A DNA stretch of 64,000 nucleotides. Source: an uncultured Sphaerochaeta sp. Lineage in GTDB: Bacteria; Spirochaetota; Spirochaetia; Sphaerochaetales; Sphaerochaetaceae. A model generated the notes under the pieces. It was given only the letters and a program-made list of their open reading frames with translations, did not search any database and had not been told where the DNA came from. Positions 19,794-29,868 of this stretch are shown here, one piece after another (position 1 is the first letter of the stretch; each line of letters starts with the position of its first letter). The stretch covers positions 16,185 through 80,184 of the forward strand of contig CAXXCW010000021.1 in the NCBI GenBank assembly GCA_963662725.2, in the 5' to 3' direction. Both the position numbers and the translations under genes were made by a program.

Positions 19794-20871
19794 ATGGCTA
19801 GTGTAGACTTACGAATAAGAAAGACGGAATCTCTTGCGACTCCTCATGAGCTTGCAAAGAGATTCCCGGTTGACGAGGCTACCGGAGCGTGTATCGCCCA
19901 AAGCCGACAGACTGTCAATGATATCATACAAGGAAGGGACCGGCGATTGCTCGCAATCGTAGGTCCCTGCTCTCTGCATGACCGAAAGGCAGCAGTGGAA
20001 TACGCTGGGAAGCTCAAGGCCCTTGCCAAAGAGGTCGAATCGGAGATGTTCATCGTCATGCGGGCATACTTTGAGAAGCCCCGCACAGTTCTGGGTTGGA
20101 AGGGCCTTATCCTTGATCCCCGAATGGACGGCTCCTATGACATTGAGGAGGGGATCGCCCAGGCACGCTCGCTGTTGCTTGAGATCGTCTCCCTTGGCGT
20201 GCCTGTGGGCTGTGAGGTGCTCGACCCGATCATCCCCCAGTACATAGATGCCCTGATGAGCTGGTCCTCCATAGGGGCCCGGACTACAGAGAGTCAGATC
20301 CACCGTAACCTTGCCAGCGGCCTCAGTGTGGCTGTGGGGTTCAAGAACAGCACCAGCGGAGATCTGCTCAATGCGATCAACGCCATCAAGTGTGCATACA
20401 GCCCTGCTTCCTTCATCGGTATGGACTACCTTGGGGCAAGTGCCATATTCAGGACCACCGGAAACGACTGCTGTCACCTTATCCTGCGTGGGGGGGAACA
20501 GAGTCCCAACTACTATGAGGATGATGTGGAGTCTGCCCGGACCATGATGGTCAACAACGGCCTCAATCCTGCGATCATCGTTGACTGCAGCCACGCAAAC
20601 TCGCGCAAGCACTATGACCGACAGAAGCGGGTTCTCAGATCGATAGTGGACCAGGTCAGCTGGGGCGAGACTGCCATCAGGGGGCTTTATGCTGGAGAGC
20701 AATCTCTTTGGCGGCGCGCAGAAGATTCCCGACGACCTTTCGCAACTGAAATATGGTGTCTCAGTCACCGATGCGTGCATCGGATGGGATGAGACAGAAC
20801 GAATATTGCTGCATGCTTGTGAACTGCTTCGCAAGGCTCGACTTGAGGAAGGCAATGTCCTTCCCCTCTAG
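19794..20871 (+). pseudogene. class I DAHP synthase (AroF/G/H type) with one frameshift, real or sequencing error
   Basis: IVGPCS, YFEKPRTVLGWKG, IGARTTESQ, DCSHANS in ORF 19794..20792; conserved C-terminus MLESNL...YGVSVTDACIGW lies in ORF 20689..20871; G5 run at 20680-20684. Confidence 0.85.
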
Positions 20872-20883
20872 GAGGAGGTACGT

Positions 20884-21420
20884 ATGGTTCCGTCAGTATT
20901 GGTTATCTTGGCCGAAGGCTTTGAAGAGGTTGAGGCGATCACTCCGATCGACCTGCTCAGAAGAAGCGGTGCAAAGGTCACCGTTGCAGGACTCTCATCG
21001 CTTACCGTCCATGGCTCCCATGGCATTGCAATGGTATGTGACAGGCTTCTAAGCGAGTGTGGGGAGGCCTATGATGCCCTGATCCTTCCCGGAGGTGGTG
21101 AAGGGTCTAAGAACCTTGCATCCTCCTTTGCCGTTTTGGAGCTTGCTATCAAGATCAGTCAGAAGGGTGTGGTCGCAGCCATTTGTGCGGCACCTTCGGT
21201 TGTCCTTGGCAAGACCGGCCTGTTGGATGGCAGGCGAGTCACAGGCTTCCCAGGCAGCGGCTTCGAAGGCCTGGTCCTGGAGGATGAGAAGGTCATTGTC
21301 GACGGCCCATTGATCACAGCCCAGGCAGCGGGAAGTGCCGTTGAATTTTCCTTGGCGATCATAGCCAAGCTCTTTGATGCAGATACAGCAAAGAAAATAC
21401 GCAAACAGATTTATTATTAA
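20884..21420 (+). CDS. DJ-1/PfpI (YajL/ThiJ) family protein
   Basis: GFEEVEA, LPGG, AAICAAP. Confidence 0.9.
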   Translation: MVPSVLVILAEGFEEVEAITPIDLLRRSGAKVTVAGLSSLTVHGSHGIAMVCDRLLSECGEAYDALILPGGGEGSKNLASSFAVLELAIKISQKGVVAAICAAPSVVLGKTGLLDGRRVTGFPGSGFEGLVLEDEKVIVDGPLITAQAAGSAVEFSLAIIAKLFDADTAKKIRKQIYY

Positions 21421-21431
21421 GGAGCACTGCT

Positions 21432-22949
21432 TTGGGCACATTAGGGTTTGACAACGAGAAGTATTTGGAGGAGCAGAGGCATTTTATCCTGGAGCGGGTG
21501 GCCCAGAACGACGGCAAGCTCTATCTTGAATGTGGGGGCAAGCTGTTGTTCGACTACCACGCTTCAAGGGTGTTGCCAGGGTTTGACCCCAATGTGAAGA
21601 TGCGTGTATTCCAGTCCCTCAAGGATCAGATTGATGTCATCATCTGCATCCATGCAGGAGATATCGAGCGACGCAAGATGCGCAGCGACTTTGGCATCAC
21701 CTACGATACCGATGTCTTCAAGATGATCGACGATTTTGCCAAATGGGGCCTGAAGGTTACGCGTGTGGTCATTACCCGTTTTGATGAGGAGCCTGGTGCC
21801 ATCCAGTTCAAGAACCTGCTCGAGCAGAGGGGCATCACCGTCTATACCCATCATGCGACCCGTGGCTATCCCAACAATGTCGACCTGATAGTAAGTGACG
21901 AGGGCTATGGATCGAACCCTTACATCCAGACGGAGAGACCGGTTGTCATCGTCACGGCCCCCGGTCCTGGTTCGGGCAAGCTGGGTACCTGCCTTTCACA
22001 GATGTACCATGATCATAAGGCTGGCAAGAAGAGCGGATATTCCAAGTTCGAGACATTCCCCATCTGGAACCTGCCCATCGACCACCCGGTAAATATTGCC
22101 TATGAAAGCGCCACCGCCGATATCGGAGACAAGAATCTCATCGACCACTTCCACGTCAGTGCATACAACCAGATTACCGTGAACTACTCCCGGGACATCG
22201 AGGCATATCCCCTGCTCAAACGTATCCTGCAGAGGATTACCGGAGAGGATTGCATCTACAGCAGTCCCACCGATATGGGTGTCAATCGCTGTGGTTTTGG
22301 CATCATCGATGATGAAGTTGTCCGCAAGGCCGGCCAGCAGGAGATCATCAGGCGTTATTACCGGGCTGCATGTGAGTATGTGCAGGGTATCGGGACGAAG
22401 GAGACAGTTGAGCGTAGCCGTTCCATCATGGCCAGTGCCAAGCTTACATCCGATGACCGTGTTGTGGTTCCTGCCTCCATGGAGGCCCTTCAGGATGGCA
22501 TCAGGCGCAATAAGGGCCTCAATGGCATAATCTGTGCCGCAGCCATCCTCCTGCCTGACGGAAGGATAGTAACAGGATGCAACTCACCCCTGATGCATGC
22601 TTCCTCTGCTCTGATACTCAATGCGGTGAAGGTTTTGGCCGGCATAGACCATGATGTTGACCTCATCTCCCCGGCCATCATGCAGTCGGTGACAGAGATG
22701 AAGCGTGATGTGCTCAAGGGTAGGGGCGTGAGCCTCAACCTTGATGAAGTGCTGATCTGCCTGGCTATGAGTTGTGCCATCAGTTCCGATGCCAAGAAGG
22801 CAGCGGAAGTGCTCCCTCTCTTGCGTGGATGTGAGGTGCACATGACCCATATCCCCTCTTCCGGGGACTCCTCAGGTCTCAGGAAACTTGTGCTCAATGT
22901 CACCAGTGACCCCAAGTTCCCCACATCCAACCTGTATAATCCCGCGTAA
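21432..22949 (+). CDS. DUF1846 family protein
   Basis: GFDNEKYL...KLYLECGGKLLFDYHASRVLPGF, APGPGSGK, KFETFPIWNL; TTG start after AAGGAG. Confidence 0.85.
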   Translation: MGTLGFDNEKYLEEQRHFILERVAQNDGKLYLECGGKLLFDYHASRVLPGFDPNVKMRVFQSLKDQIDVIICIHAGDIERRKMRSDFGITYDTDVFKMIDDFAKWGLKVTRVVITRFDEEPGAIQFKNLLEQRGITVYTHHATRGYPNNVDLIVSDEGYGSNPYIQTERPVVIVTAPGPGSGKLGTCLSQMYHDHKAGKKSGYSKFETFPIWNLPIDHPVNIAYESATADIGDKNLIDHFHVSAYNQITVNYSRDIEAYPLLKRILQRITGEDCIYSSPTDMGVNRCGFGIIDDEVVRKAGQQEIIRRYYRAACEYVQGIGTKETVERSRSIMASAKLTSDDRVVVPASMEALQDGIRRNKGLNGIICAAAILLPDGRIVTGCNSPLMHASSALILNAVKVLAGIDHDVDLISPAIMQSVTEMKRDVLKGRGVSLNLDEVLICLAMSCAISSDAKKAAEVLPLLRGCEVHMTHIPSSGDSSGLRKLVLNVTSDPKFPTSNLYNPA

Positions 22950-22964
22950 GACGAACAGAGCCCC

Positions 22965-24017
22965 TTAGCCCAGATACTGGGCTATGAGGGGCAATACTCC
23001 CAATACAGCAAGAATCCTGAAGGTGTGCATCAACACTATCTTTGGTGTCTCAAGACCAAGCTCATCGCTGATGAGCCCCATCTCTGTGATGCCTCCTGGA
23101 GTAGCAGAGAAGAGGGCTGTGCCCCAGTTGAGGTGGCAGACCTTATGGAGCACCAAGGCTGTGAGGAATGCCATGACAAACAGTTCCACCAGCAGTATCA
23201 GCGCTGGCAGGATCAGTACGCTGCCTTCCAAAAGCGTATGGAACGTCACCTTGCTGCCGATGTAACACCCTGCGAAGATCTGCACCATCGGCTTCAATAT
23301 TGGGGGGTAGGCAGCACCATCAGTGGCGAGGTTCAGCAGTGCGATAGCGAATATCGAGCCTAGGATGGCTCCAGCTGGGATTCCCAACAAGGTAAAGGAG
23401 ACTCCCCCTGCGAAGGCTGTCGCTACGGATATGCCATAGCTGAGATAGCTGTGCTCCTTTGGTTGTTCTTGCTTCCTGGAATACGTTTGCATTTGCATAG
23501 GGGCAATGTGCCTTTCGGAAGGTGGCAATATCTTTCGTATCATGGGCGGGAAGATGATGATCACAGAGATCAGCCTGAACAGCTGCAGGAGAGCCACATG
23601 CTCCATCGTCGCCCCGAAGTCCGCTGCGACCAGTGCCAGGTCGGATACTCCGCCGGGGGCGCAGGCGAAGAACGAGGTCATGAAGGACAAGGTGGTGAGA
23701 AAGCTCATCAGGGCGGCAAAGCCCAGGTTGATGGCAAGCAGCATGGTTACCAGGATGAGTACAGGAAACACCATCGTCTTGAGGGTCTTGATGTCAGATT
23801 GGGTGAATCGAGTGCCTATGACCATTCCTGAGAGTATCTGGATTCCCAGGCGCAAATCTTTGGGATAGGTTGGGATAACCGGGTAGAGCGCATTGAATAT
23901 CATGGCAGCCAGAAGAGATCCGATGAGGGCTCCGGCTGGGATTCTCATGCGTTTTGCCAGCATGCTGCCGACACTGCCGACAAGATGGAGGAATAGCAGG
24001 TAGGTAATGCTCATCAT
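22965..24017 (-). CDS. AbrB-family membrane protein (duplicated domain)
   Basis: Two repeats of IPAGA(L/I)xGS and (A/T)PGG(V/I)xx; about 10 TM segments; start estimated. Confidence 0.85.
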   Translation of the reverse strand: MMSITYLLFLHLVGSVGSMLAKRMRIPAGALIGSLLAAMIFNALYPVIPTYPKDLRLGIQILSGMVIGTRFTQSDIKTLKTMVFPVLILVTMLLAINLGFAALMSFLTTLSFMTSFFACAPGGVSDLALVAADFGATMEHVALLQLFRLISVIIIFPPMIRKILPPSERHIAPMQMQTYSRKQEQPKEHSYLSYGISVATAFAGGVSFTLLGIPAGAILGSIFAIALLNLATDGAAYPPILKPMVQIFAGCYIGSKVTFHTLLEGSVLILPALILLVELFVMAFLTALVLHKVCHLNWGTALFSATPGGITEMGLISDELGLETPKIVLMHTFRILAVLGVLPLIAQYLG

Positions 24018-24298
24018 CTCGGCATCCCCGGCAGAATGGTGCCGATAGGGGAATGGGTGGTCTCTGAATCTTTCATGTATAGGTTCTGCCTTGTTGTTTG
24101 GTTGTTCGATTGTAGCATGATTTGCTTGTGCCTTCCATGGTGAAAAAGAAGCAATTTCCAGACCCTGCACCTGTCCATATCTGTACAGGAGAAAGTTTGT
24201 TTGAATTCTTCTATGATTATGCTGTGTATTGTGATGTTCATCGCTCAGAGCGTAAGGCTAATCTTGACGTGTGTGCCCAGTACTGGTACCTTCTAGAT

Positions 24299-24706
24299 AT
24301 GAAATTATCTACAAAAGGTCGTTACTCCTTGGAGACTATGGTCTATCTGGCTACCTGCAGAGGAAATTGTAGTATCCGCTCCATTAGTGAGGCTACCGGC
24401 ATCAGCAGCGGGTATCTTGAACAGCTCATGATACCCTTGAAGAAACATGGACTTGTCGAGTCTGAACGAGGGGTGCAGGGCGGCTATCGCTTATCCAGAA
24501 GGGATATCACCTGTGGTGAGGTGCTTTCTGCAAGCGAAGGGGAATTCACCCCTACCCCCTGCCAGGAGTGTCTCCAGGGCGATTCCTGCAAGACGCATCA
24601 GATATGGTCGATGTTGCAAGACACGGTCAGTTCGTATGCCCATCAGGTACTGATCGAGGATTTGGCATCGCATCTGGTAGAATCTGAAGCAGGAGGTGGA
24701 ATTTGA
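24299..24706 (+). CDS. Rrf2 family regulator with putative Fe-S ligands (IscR-like)
   Basis: MKLSTKGRY, YLEQL, RGVQGGY, C-x2-C-x5-C-x2-H. Confidence 0.88.
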   Translation: MKLSTKGRYSLETMVYLATCRGNCSIRSISEATGISSGYLEQLMIPLKKHGLVESERGVQGGYRLSRRDITCGEVLSASEGEFTPTPCQECLQGDSCKTHQIWSMLQDTVSSYAHQVLIEDLASHLVESEAGGGI

Positions 24707-25119
24707 AAGTATCGACTCGTGGAAGATATGGTCTGAGGTTGCTTGTGGACCTCGCCGAACATACCAGTGATCTGCCGGTGGCCTTGTCTCAGGTCGCCAT
24801 CAGACAGGGATTGAGTGAGAAATATCTGCAACAGGTCGCTTTGCTGCTTACCCGAGGAGGGTATCTCAATTCGGTCAAGGGTGCGGGCGGAGGGTATCTT
24901 CTGAGCAGAAAGCCCAGTCAGATTCTCATTTATGATGTCTTTGACCTGCTTGAGGGCAATATTGCTTTTGCTGAGATTCCCCAAAAGGAAGAGACTGCAA
25001 TCCAGAGGTGCATCCGTGTGCACTTTTTCCAAAAAATGGACGAGAAGGTCCTCGAGGTATTTGAAGGGGTCACCCTTTCTGATGTGACCAAGGCGGAGTG
25101 GTTCACCTACATGATCTGA
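24703..25119 (+). CDS. Rrf2 family regulator (CymR-like, no Fe-S motif)
   Basis: MKVSTRGRYG, SEKYLQQ, KGAGGGY; ends WFTYMI; TTG start overlaps upstream stop. Confidence 0.88.
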   Translation: MKVSTRGRYGLRLLVDLAEHTSDLPVALSQVAIRQGLSEKYLQQVALLLTRGGYLNSVKGAGGGYLLSRKPSQILIYDVFDLLEGNIAFAEIPQKEETAIQRCIRVHFFQKMDEKVLEVFEGVTLSDVTKAEWFTYMI

Positions 25120-25129
25120 TCCTTAGGCA

Positions 25130-25158
25130 TTGACAGGGTAGGGGATATTTATTACATT
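25130..25158 (+). promoter_or_regulatory. sigma70-type promoter of cysK
   Basis: TTGACA-N17-TACATT. Confidence 0.55.
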
Positions 25159-25213
25159 AAAAGTCTATAGGATTACTATGATATAGAAAGGCCTTCAGTA
25201 CAAGGAGCAGCAA

Positions 25214-26140
25214 ATGAGCGCACATATATATGAGAACATAACAAAAAAGATTGGAAATACCCCTCTGATTCGGATTAATCGGCTCAATGAAGGCAAGGCT
25301 ACCATCCTAGCCAAAGTGGAGAGCTTCAATCCCCTTTCCAGCGTTAAGGACCGAATTGCCCTTGAAATGGTTGAGGGCGCTGAAAAATCCGGCCTGCTCA
25401 AAGAGGGTTCTGTGATAATTGAGCCTACCAGTGGAAACACAGGGGTGGCCCTAGCCTATATTGCTGCAGTAAAGGGGTATAGGCTCATCATTACCATGCC
25501 TGAGACAATGAGTGTGGAGCGGCGAAAGCTGCTTGCAGCCCTTGGGGCGGAACTTGTCCTCACTGACGGCTCGATGGGCATGAAAGGGGCGATTTCCCAG
25601 GCCCAGGAGCTTGCGAGCACCATTGCCAACTCCTTCATTCCCTCACAGTTTGAGAATCCGGACAATGTGAAGGCTCATTATGAGCATACAGGCCCAGAGA
25701 TCTGGGAAGACAGCGGTCATATGGTGGACATTTTTATTGCTGGGGTCGGCACCGGTGGAACCCTTACCGGGGTAGGGCGTTTCCTCAAGGAGAAGAATCC
25801 CCAAGCCCTTATCGTTGCCGTAGAGCCTGTGACCAGTCCGGTTCTCTCCCTAGGCCATGGGGGACCGCACAAGATACAAGGCATAGGGGCGGGGTTCGTT
25901 CCCAACATCCTCGATACCGGGATAATTGATGAGATTTATACCGCCGAAGATGCAAAAGCAGGTGAACGTGCGATACAGGCCGCCCGGAAAGAAGGGCTTC
26001 TTGTCGGTATCTCCAGTGGTGCTGCCTTGGATGCTGCCTTGGCATATTCTGCAAAGCCCGAGCATGAGGGAAAGACCATCGTAGTGTTGCTTCCTGATAC
26101 AGGGGAGCGCTATCTCTCCACCTGGCTTTTCACAGAATAG
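25214..26140 (+). CDS. cysK: cysteine synthase A
   Basis: IGNTPL, SVKDRIA, PTSGNTG, GVGTGGT, HKIQGIG, GERYLST. Confidence 0.97.
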   Translation: MSAHIYENITKKIGNTPLIRINRLNEGKATILAKVESFNPLSSVKDRIALEMVEGAEKSGLLKEGSVIIEPTSGNTGVALAYIAAVKGYRLIITMPETMSVERRKLLAALGAELVLTDGSMGMKGAISQAQELASTIANSFIPSQFENPDNVKAHYEHTGPEIWEDSGHMVDIFIAGVGTGGTLTGVGRFLKEKNPQALIVAVEPVTSPVLSLGHGGPHKIQGIGAGFVPNILDTGIIDEIYTAEDAKAGERAIQAARKEGLLVGISSGAALDAALAYSAKPEHEGKTIVVLLPDTGERYLSTWLFTE

Positions 26141-26280
26141 TGATATTTGCCGTCGTATCTACAGACAAGGTTCCATTCTTTGATGCATGGGTTGCGATAG
26201 TCCGAATTTTGGTTGATTACTCAAAGCGGATGAGTTGGCAATGATGGAGAATGCGGACTGCTATCAACAAGCGGGAGGCT

Positions 26281-27147
26281 TCAGGCCTTCCGTTTGGTAT
26301 GGAAGAACATCAGTGTTGCCATCGCTGTTACAATAAGGTAGCCACTGACGCTTGCTGTATCGGGGTACTCTGAGAAGATTGCAACGGACAGCAGTGATGC
26401 GAACAGGACTTGGGTGTAGTCGTATACCGAAATCTCCTTTGCCGGAGCGTAGGAGTATGCCTTGGTGATGCTGAACTGCCCTCCTGCCGCGCTGATGCCA
26501 GCGAATATCAGAAACACTATCTGGGAAGAGTGCATGCTCTGGTGGTCATGTAGTACAAAAGGGATGATAGCCAGGGTTGAGAAGAGGGAGAAGAAGGCGA
26601 CGATGACAGGCGCCGGGACAGAGCGGTTGCCCAGCTCCCTCACACACGTATAGGCTGCCCCTGCCCCGAGGCCCCCCAGGATGCCTGTCAGATAGGGAAC
26701 AAGCCCTATGGTGGAGAACGAAGGCTTTACCACCAGTGATGCTCCCAGGAAAGCTCCTGATACCAGAAGCATCTGTATTGTAGTGACCTTCTCCTTGAGA
26801 AAGATACGGCTGAAGATGATGACAAAGAAGGGTGCGAGCTTGTTGAGTATGGTGGCATCACTGAGGATGAGATGGTCCACTGCGTAGAAGTTTGCTACCA
26901 GTCCGATGGTTCCGGCAAGGGAGCGCAACAGGAGGAGTGGGAAGTCCTGCTTCTTCCAGGTTAAGCGGGTCTTTGTCCGTCCTAGGATTATGAGCGCTAT
27001 GCATAAGGATATGAGGTTACGAAACAATGCCTTCTGCATGGTTGGAAGAGGCCCTGCCAGCTTGATGAAGAGCATCACCAAGGCAAAGAAGAACCCGCTT
27101 AATATGATGTAGAGAACACCCAGTTGTTTAGCATGCATAGACGTCAT
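26281..27147 (-). CDS. DMT/EamA family transporter
   Basis: Hydrophobic two-repeat protein with LLRSLAG, LAPFFVII...LKEK, AYSYAPA; start estimated. Confidence 0.85.
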   Translation of the reverse strand: MTSMHAKQLGVLYIILSGFFFALVMLFIKLAGPLPTMQKALFRNLISLCIALIILGRTKTRLTWKKQDFPLLLLRSLAGTIGLVANFYAVDHLILSDATILNKLAPFFVIIFSRIFLKEKVTTIQMLLVSGAFLGASLVVKPSFSTIGLVPYLTGILGGLGAGAAYTCVRELGNRSVPAPVIVAFFSLFSTLAIIPFVLHDHQSMHSSQIVFLIFAGISAAGGQFSITKAYSYAPAKEISVYDYTQVLFASLLSVAIFSEYPDTASVSGYLIVTAMATLMFFHTKRKA

Positions 27148-27270
27148 GCTACCATACATGGCCGTTGGTTGTCTGCGTGCTTCACGTGCAAGAAGGGAAA
27201 AGAATATTTCTTGTACCTTTCTCCATGTATCAGCATAGGCAGAAACCACGGACAGTGTCATAGGTTCAAG

Positions 27271-27984
27271 CTAATGGTCGAGCCTGTCTTCATCAGACTC
27301 ACTGATATGTGTGGGTATTGCCCTTCCCCAACAATCCTTCTCTTCTCCCAGCTCAAGGGAGAAGTGGCTGTCCAGGATGGGGCCAAACACCGTGTTTACA
27401 AACAGCTCATCGCTGCAGGATACGCTGTATATGCCGATCCGCTTTTCACTGGTACCGCTTAGGAGCAGCTCCTTGGACCTCTTGAGCAGGGAGGCCTTCT
27501 CTCTCTCATAGCGTTCGTCGACCATTGTCTCTGTCAGTGGGTCCTGCAAAAAAGCCAGGGCGAGGGAGGTGAGTTCAGCCTTGTCTGATGATAGTGCCAA
27601 CAGCTGCACAGTACCTTCTTCCCAATCGAGGGCGACCATGGCATAGGGTGGCTGTGCCTGCCTATACGCGCGAGCGGTATCAAGCACCTTGCATTGGAGG
27701 GAGAAGGGGAGATTATTGAAGGTTTCCTGCAACTTCGGCTGCTCACCGAGATGGAGGTCGGCAAAACTGTAGGGTGCCAAAAGTATCTCTCTCGGGGATG
27801 GCAGGCTTGCCAACAGGTTTCCAATATGGGCAATCTCATCAAGACTGACATAGTCCAAAATGGGACCGGCAGAAAAAAGCAAGTGGGAATAGCGAGCGAC
27901 AATCTCTTCGATCCTGTGAATATCTTCACTATCACCGGCCATTCGTTTCATCCATTGTGGGTAAGAAAAGTCTGTGGTATCCAT
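27271..27984 (-). CDS. hypothetical protein
   Basis: 237-aa ORF with plausible SD and normal composition; no motif recognised. Confidence 0.65.
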   Translation of the reverse strand: MDTTDFSYPQWMKRMAGDSEDIHRIEEIVARYSHLLFSAGPILDYVSLDEIAHIGNLLASLPSPREILLAPYSFADLHLGEQPKLQETFNNLPFSLQCKVLDTARAYRQAQPPYAMVALDWEEGTVQLLALSSDKAELTSLALAFLQDPLTETMVDERYEREKASLLKRSKELLLSGTSEKRIGIYSVSCSDELFVNTVFGPILDSHFSLELGEEKDCWGRAIPTHISESDEDRLDH

Positions 27985-28148
27985 CCTCTTTCAGGTTCCT
28001 CCTCTTTTAGAATACTCTCCGGTTGAAAAAATAGCTATCCGAAAGAGTTATAATTCCCGATTTATGTCAATGATGACGAAAATATGTCACAGCTCTCTTC
28101 CCCTGTAGCTCCTTGCCTAAGGTATTGGCACTCTGATACAGTAGCGAT

Positions 28149-28907
28149 ATGAAGGATTATCCGATCGATCTCCAGGCAACATTGTTTTGTGGCCAGTGCT
28201 TCGGATGGCAACAGAGCGGGGGACTCTTCCAGTCCGTTGTCCATGGCAGGCATGTACAGTTTACCGATACAACCTTTTTGGCCACCCTAGCCGAAAATCA
28301 GGATCTGGCACACTACTTTGACATGGACGGAGGGTATGCACAGGCCAACGAGCACCTCTCCCTTCTCGATCCGACCCTTAGCTGTGCAGTGCAGATGTTT
28401 GGGGGGCTGCACATTCTCAATCAGGATCCCTTTGAGACCCTTATCTGTTTCATCCTCAGCCAGAACAATACTATCGCCAGGATACGGCAGATGTATGCAA
28501 CCCTATCACAAGCCTATGGTTCGAACGTGCATGAGGGATGTCATGCATTTCCTCTGCCTGATCAGATGCAAGGGGAAACAGAAGCGGATTTTCGCAAACT
28601 GGGTATGGGGTATCGCGCCCCATATCTTGTTGATGCCATACACAAGCATGCCTTACTGGAAGAAGTCCCTTCCTTAGGTTTTGAGCAGGCCCTTAGGCTG
28701 CTGATGACCATCAGGGGAGTAGGTCCCAAGGTGGGTCAGTGTATCCTGTTATATGGCTTTCATAGGATGGAGGCCTTTCCCATGGATACCTGGATGCAAA
28801 AAGTGATGAGCACCTGGTATCAGGGGAGGAATTCCTCATATTTCGCCCCCTATGCCGGCATTGCCCAGCAGTATCTGTTCCACTATGCCAGGACGGTGGG
28901 ATTATAG
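28149..28907 (+). CDS. 8-oxoguanine DNA glycosylase (Ogg1-like, HhH-GPD)
   Basis: TLFCGQCF, QDPFETLICFILSQNN, GVGPKV...FPMDTW. Confidence 0.88.
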   Translation: MKDYPIDLQATLFCGQCFGWQQSGGLFQSVVHGRHVQFTDTTFLATLAENQDLAHYFDMDGGYAQANEHLSLLDPTLSCAVQMFGGLHILNQDPFETLICFILSQNNTIARIRQMYATLSQAYGSNVHEGCHAFPLPDQMQGETEADFRKLGMGYRAPYLVDAIHKHALLEEVPSLGFEQALRLLMTIRGVGPKVGQCILLYGFHRMEAFPMDTWMQKVMSTWYQGRNSSYFAPYAGIAQQYLFHYARTVGL

Positions 28908-28965
28908 TGAGAAGGCTCATGTGGTACTTGTATCAATCTGTGTAAAGCAAAACAAGGGAGATCCT

Positions 28966-29868
28966 ATGGCAAGACCTGCAAGAACAGATGGAAAGAACAA
29001 CGTAACCCTACACCTTGACAAGGGCCATAGGTATGCCTCCACACAGCCTTATACCCTGGATCCGGTTACAGGAAAGAAGAGGTACTCCAGGGTGCATTGG
29101 GGGACCGTGACCGATGATCTGAAGTTCCTTCCCAACTTCAAGCTTGAAAATTCGCCTGAGGTTTGGGATACCCTTGATTTCCCACCTGATTGGGATCTCT
29201 CTGCGATGGACGAGTTGCGAACCCTGCATGGGGGTACCGAGGTGGTCCATATCGATCTGACTCATACTATAGCCGATGGGGATCTTCCTTTCTCCGGTGA
29301 CCCTCCCACGGTGGTCAGACAATGGTCTTCCTTGGAGAGTGATCATTTCCGACTCAAGAGCCTGAGCTTTGGCAGCCATAGTGGGACGCATATGGACAGC
29401 CCTTCCCATCTGTTGGCTGGAGGGAAGACCCTTGATAGGTATGCCCCTTGTGATTTCTTTACCAAAGCGTATGCCCTTGATGTCCGGGGAGAGTGTCGTA
29501 TAGACAAGGATTTGGTGGAGACAGTCCCCTCTCAGGTGACGGCGGTTCTTTTCTGTACAGGGTGGCATGATCGCTGGAACAGTGATCGCTACTTTGAGGA
29601 TCCCCCTCTGCTTACAGAAGAGGCGACCACGTTCCTGTTGCAACGTGGTGTGCGCCTGTTTGGCTTTGAGAGCTCTTCGTGCGATGCCCTCGGTAGTGAG
29701 AGCCTGCCTATCCACCACCTGATCTTCTCCTATGAAGCGCTCATCCTGGAGAATCTCAACAGCTTGGATAGGGTGGTAGGGAAGACATTCTCCCTGATAG
29801 CGCTCCCTCTTCGTATTGAAGAGGGAGATGGGAGTCCGTCCAGGGTAATAGCCTCCTATGCTACCTAG
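28966..29868 (+). CDS. cyclase-family (kynurenine formamidase-like) hydrolase with extra N-terminal segment
   Basis: HSGTHMDSPSH, IDLTH, LENL, GDGSPSR; about 85 extra N-terminal residues. Confidence 0.85.
   Translation: MARPARTDGKNNVTLHLDKGHRYASTQPYTLDPVTGKKRYSRVHWGTVTDDLKFLPNFKLENSPEVWDTLDFPPDWDLSAMDELRTLHGGTEVVHIDLTHTIADGDLPFSGDPPTVVRQWSSLESDHFRLKSLSFGSHSGTHMDSPSHLLAGGKTLDRYAPCDFFTKAYALDVRGECRIDKDLVETVPSQVTAVLFCTGWHDRWNSDRYFEDPPLLTEEATTFLLQRGVRLFGFESSSCDALGSESLPIHHLIFSYEALILENLNSLDRVVGKTFSLIALPLRIEEGDGSPSRVIASYAT

Noticed and set aside
19809-20855. Long antisense ORFs (348 aa here; also 17853-18692, 29008-29718, 33465-34208, 37797-38486)
   Set aside because: Shadow frames of well-supported genes on the opposite strand
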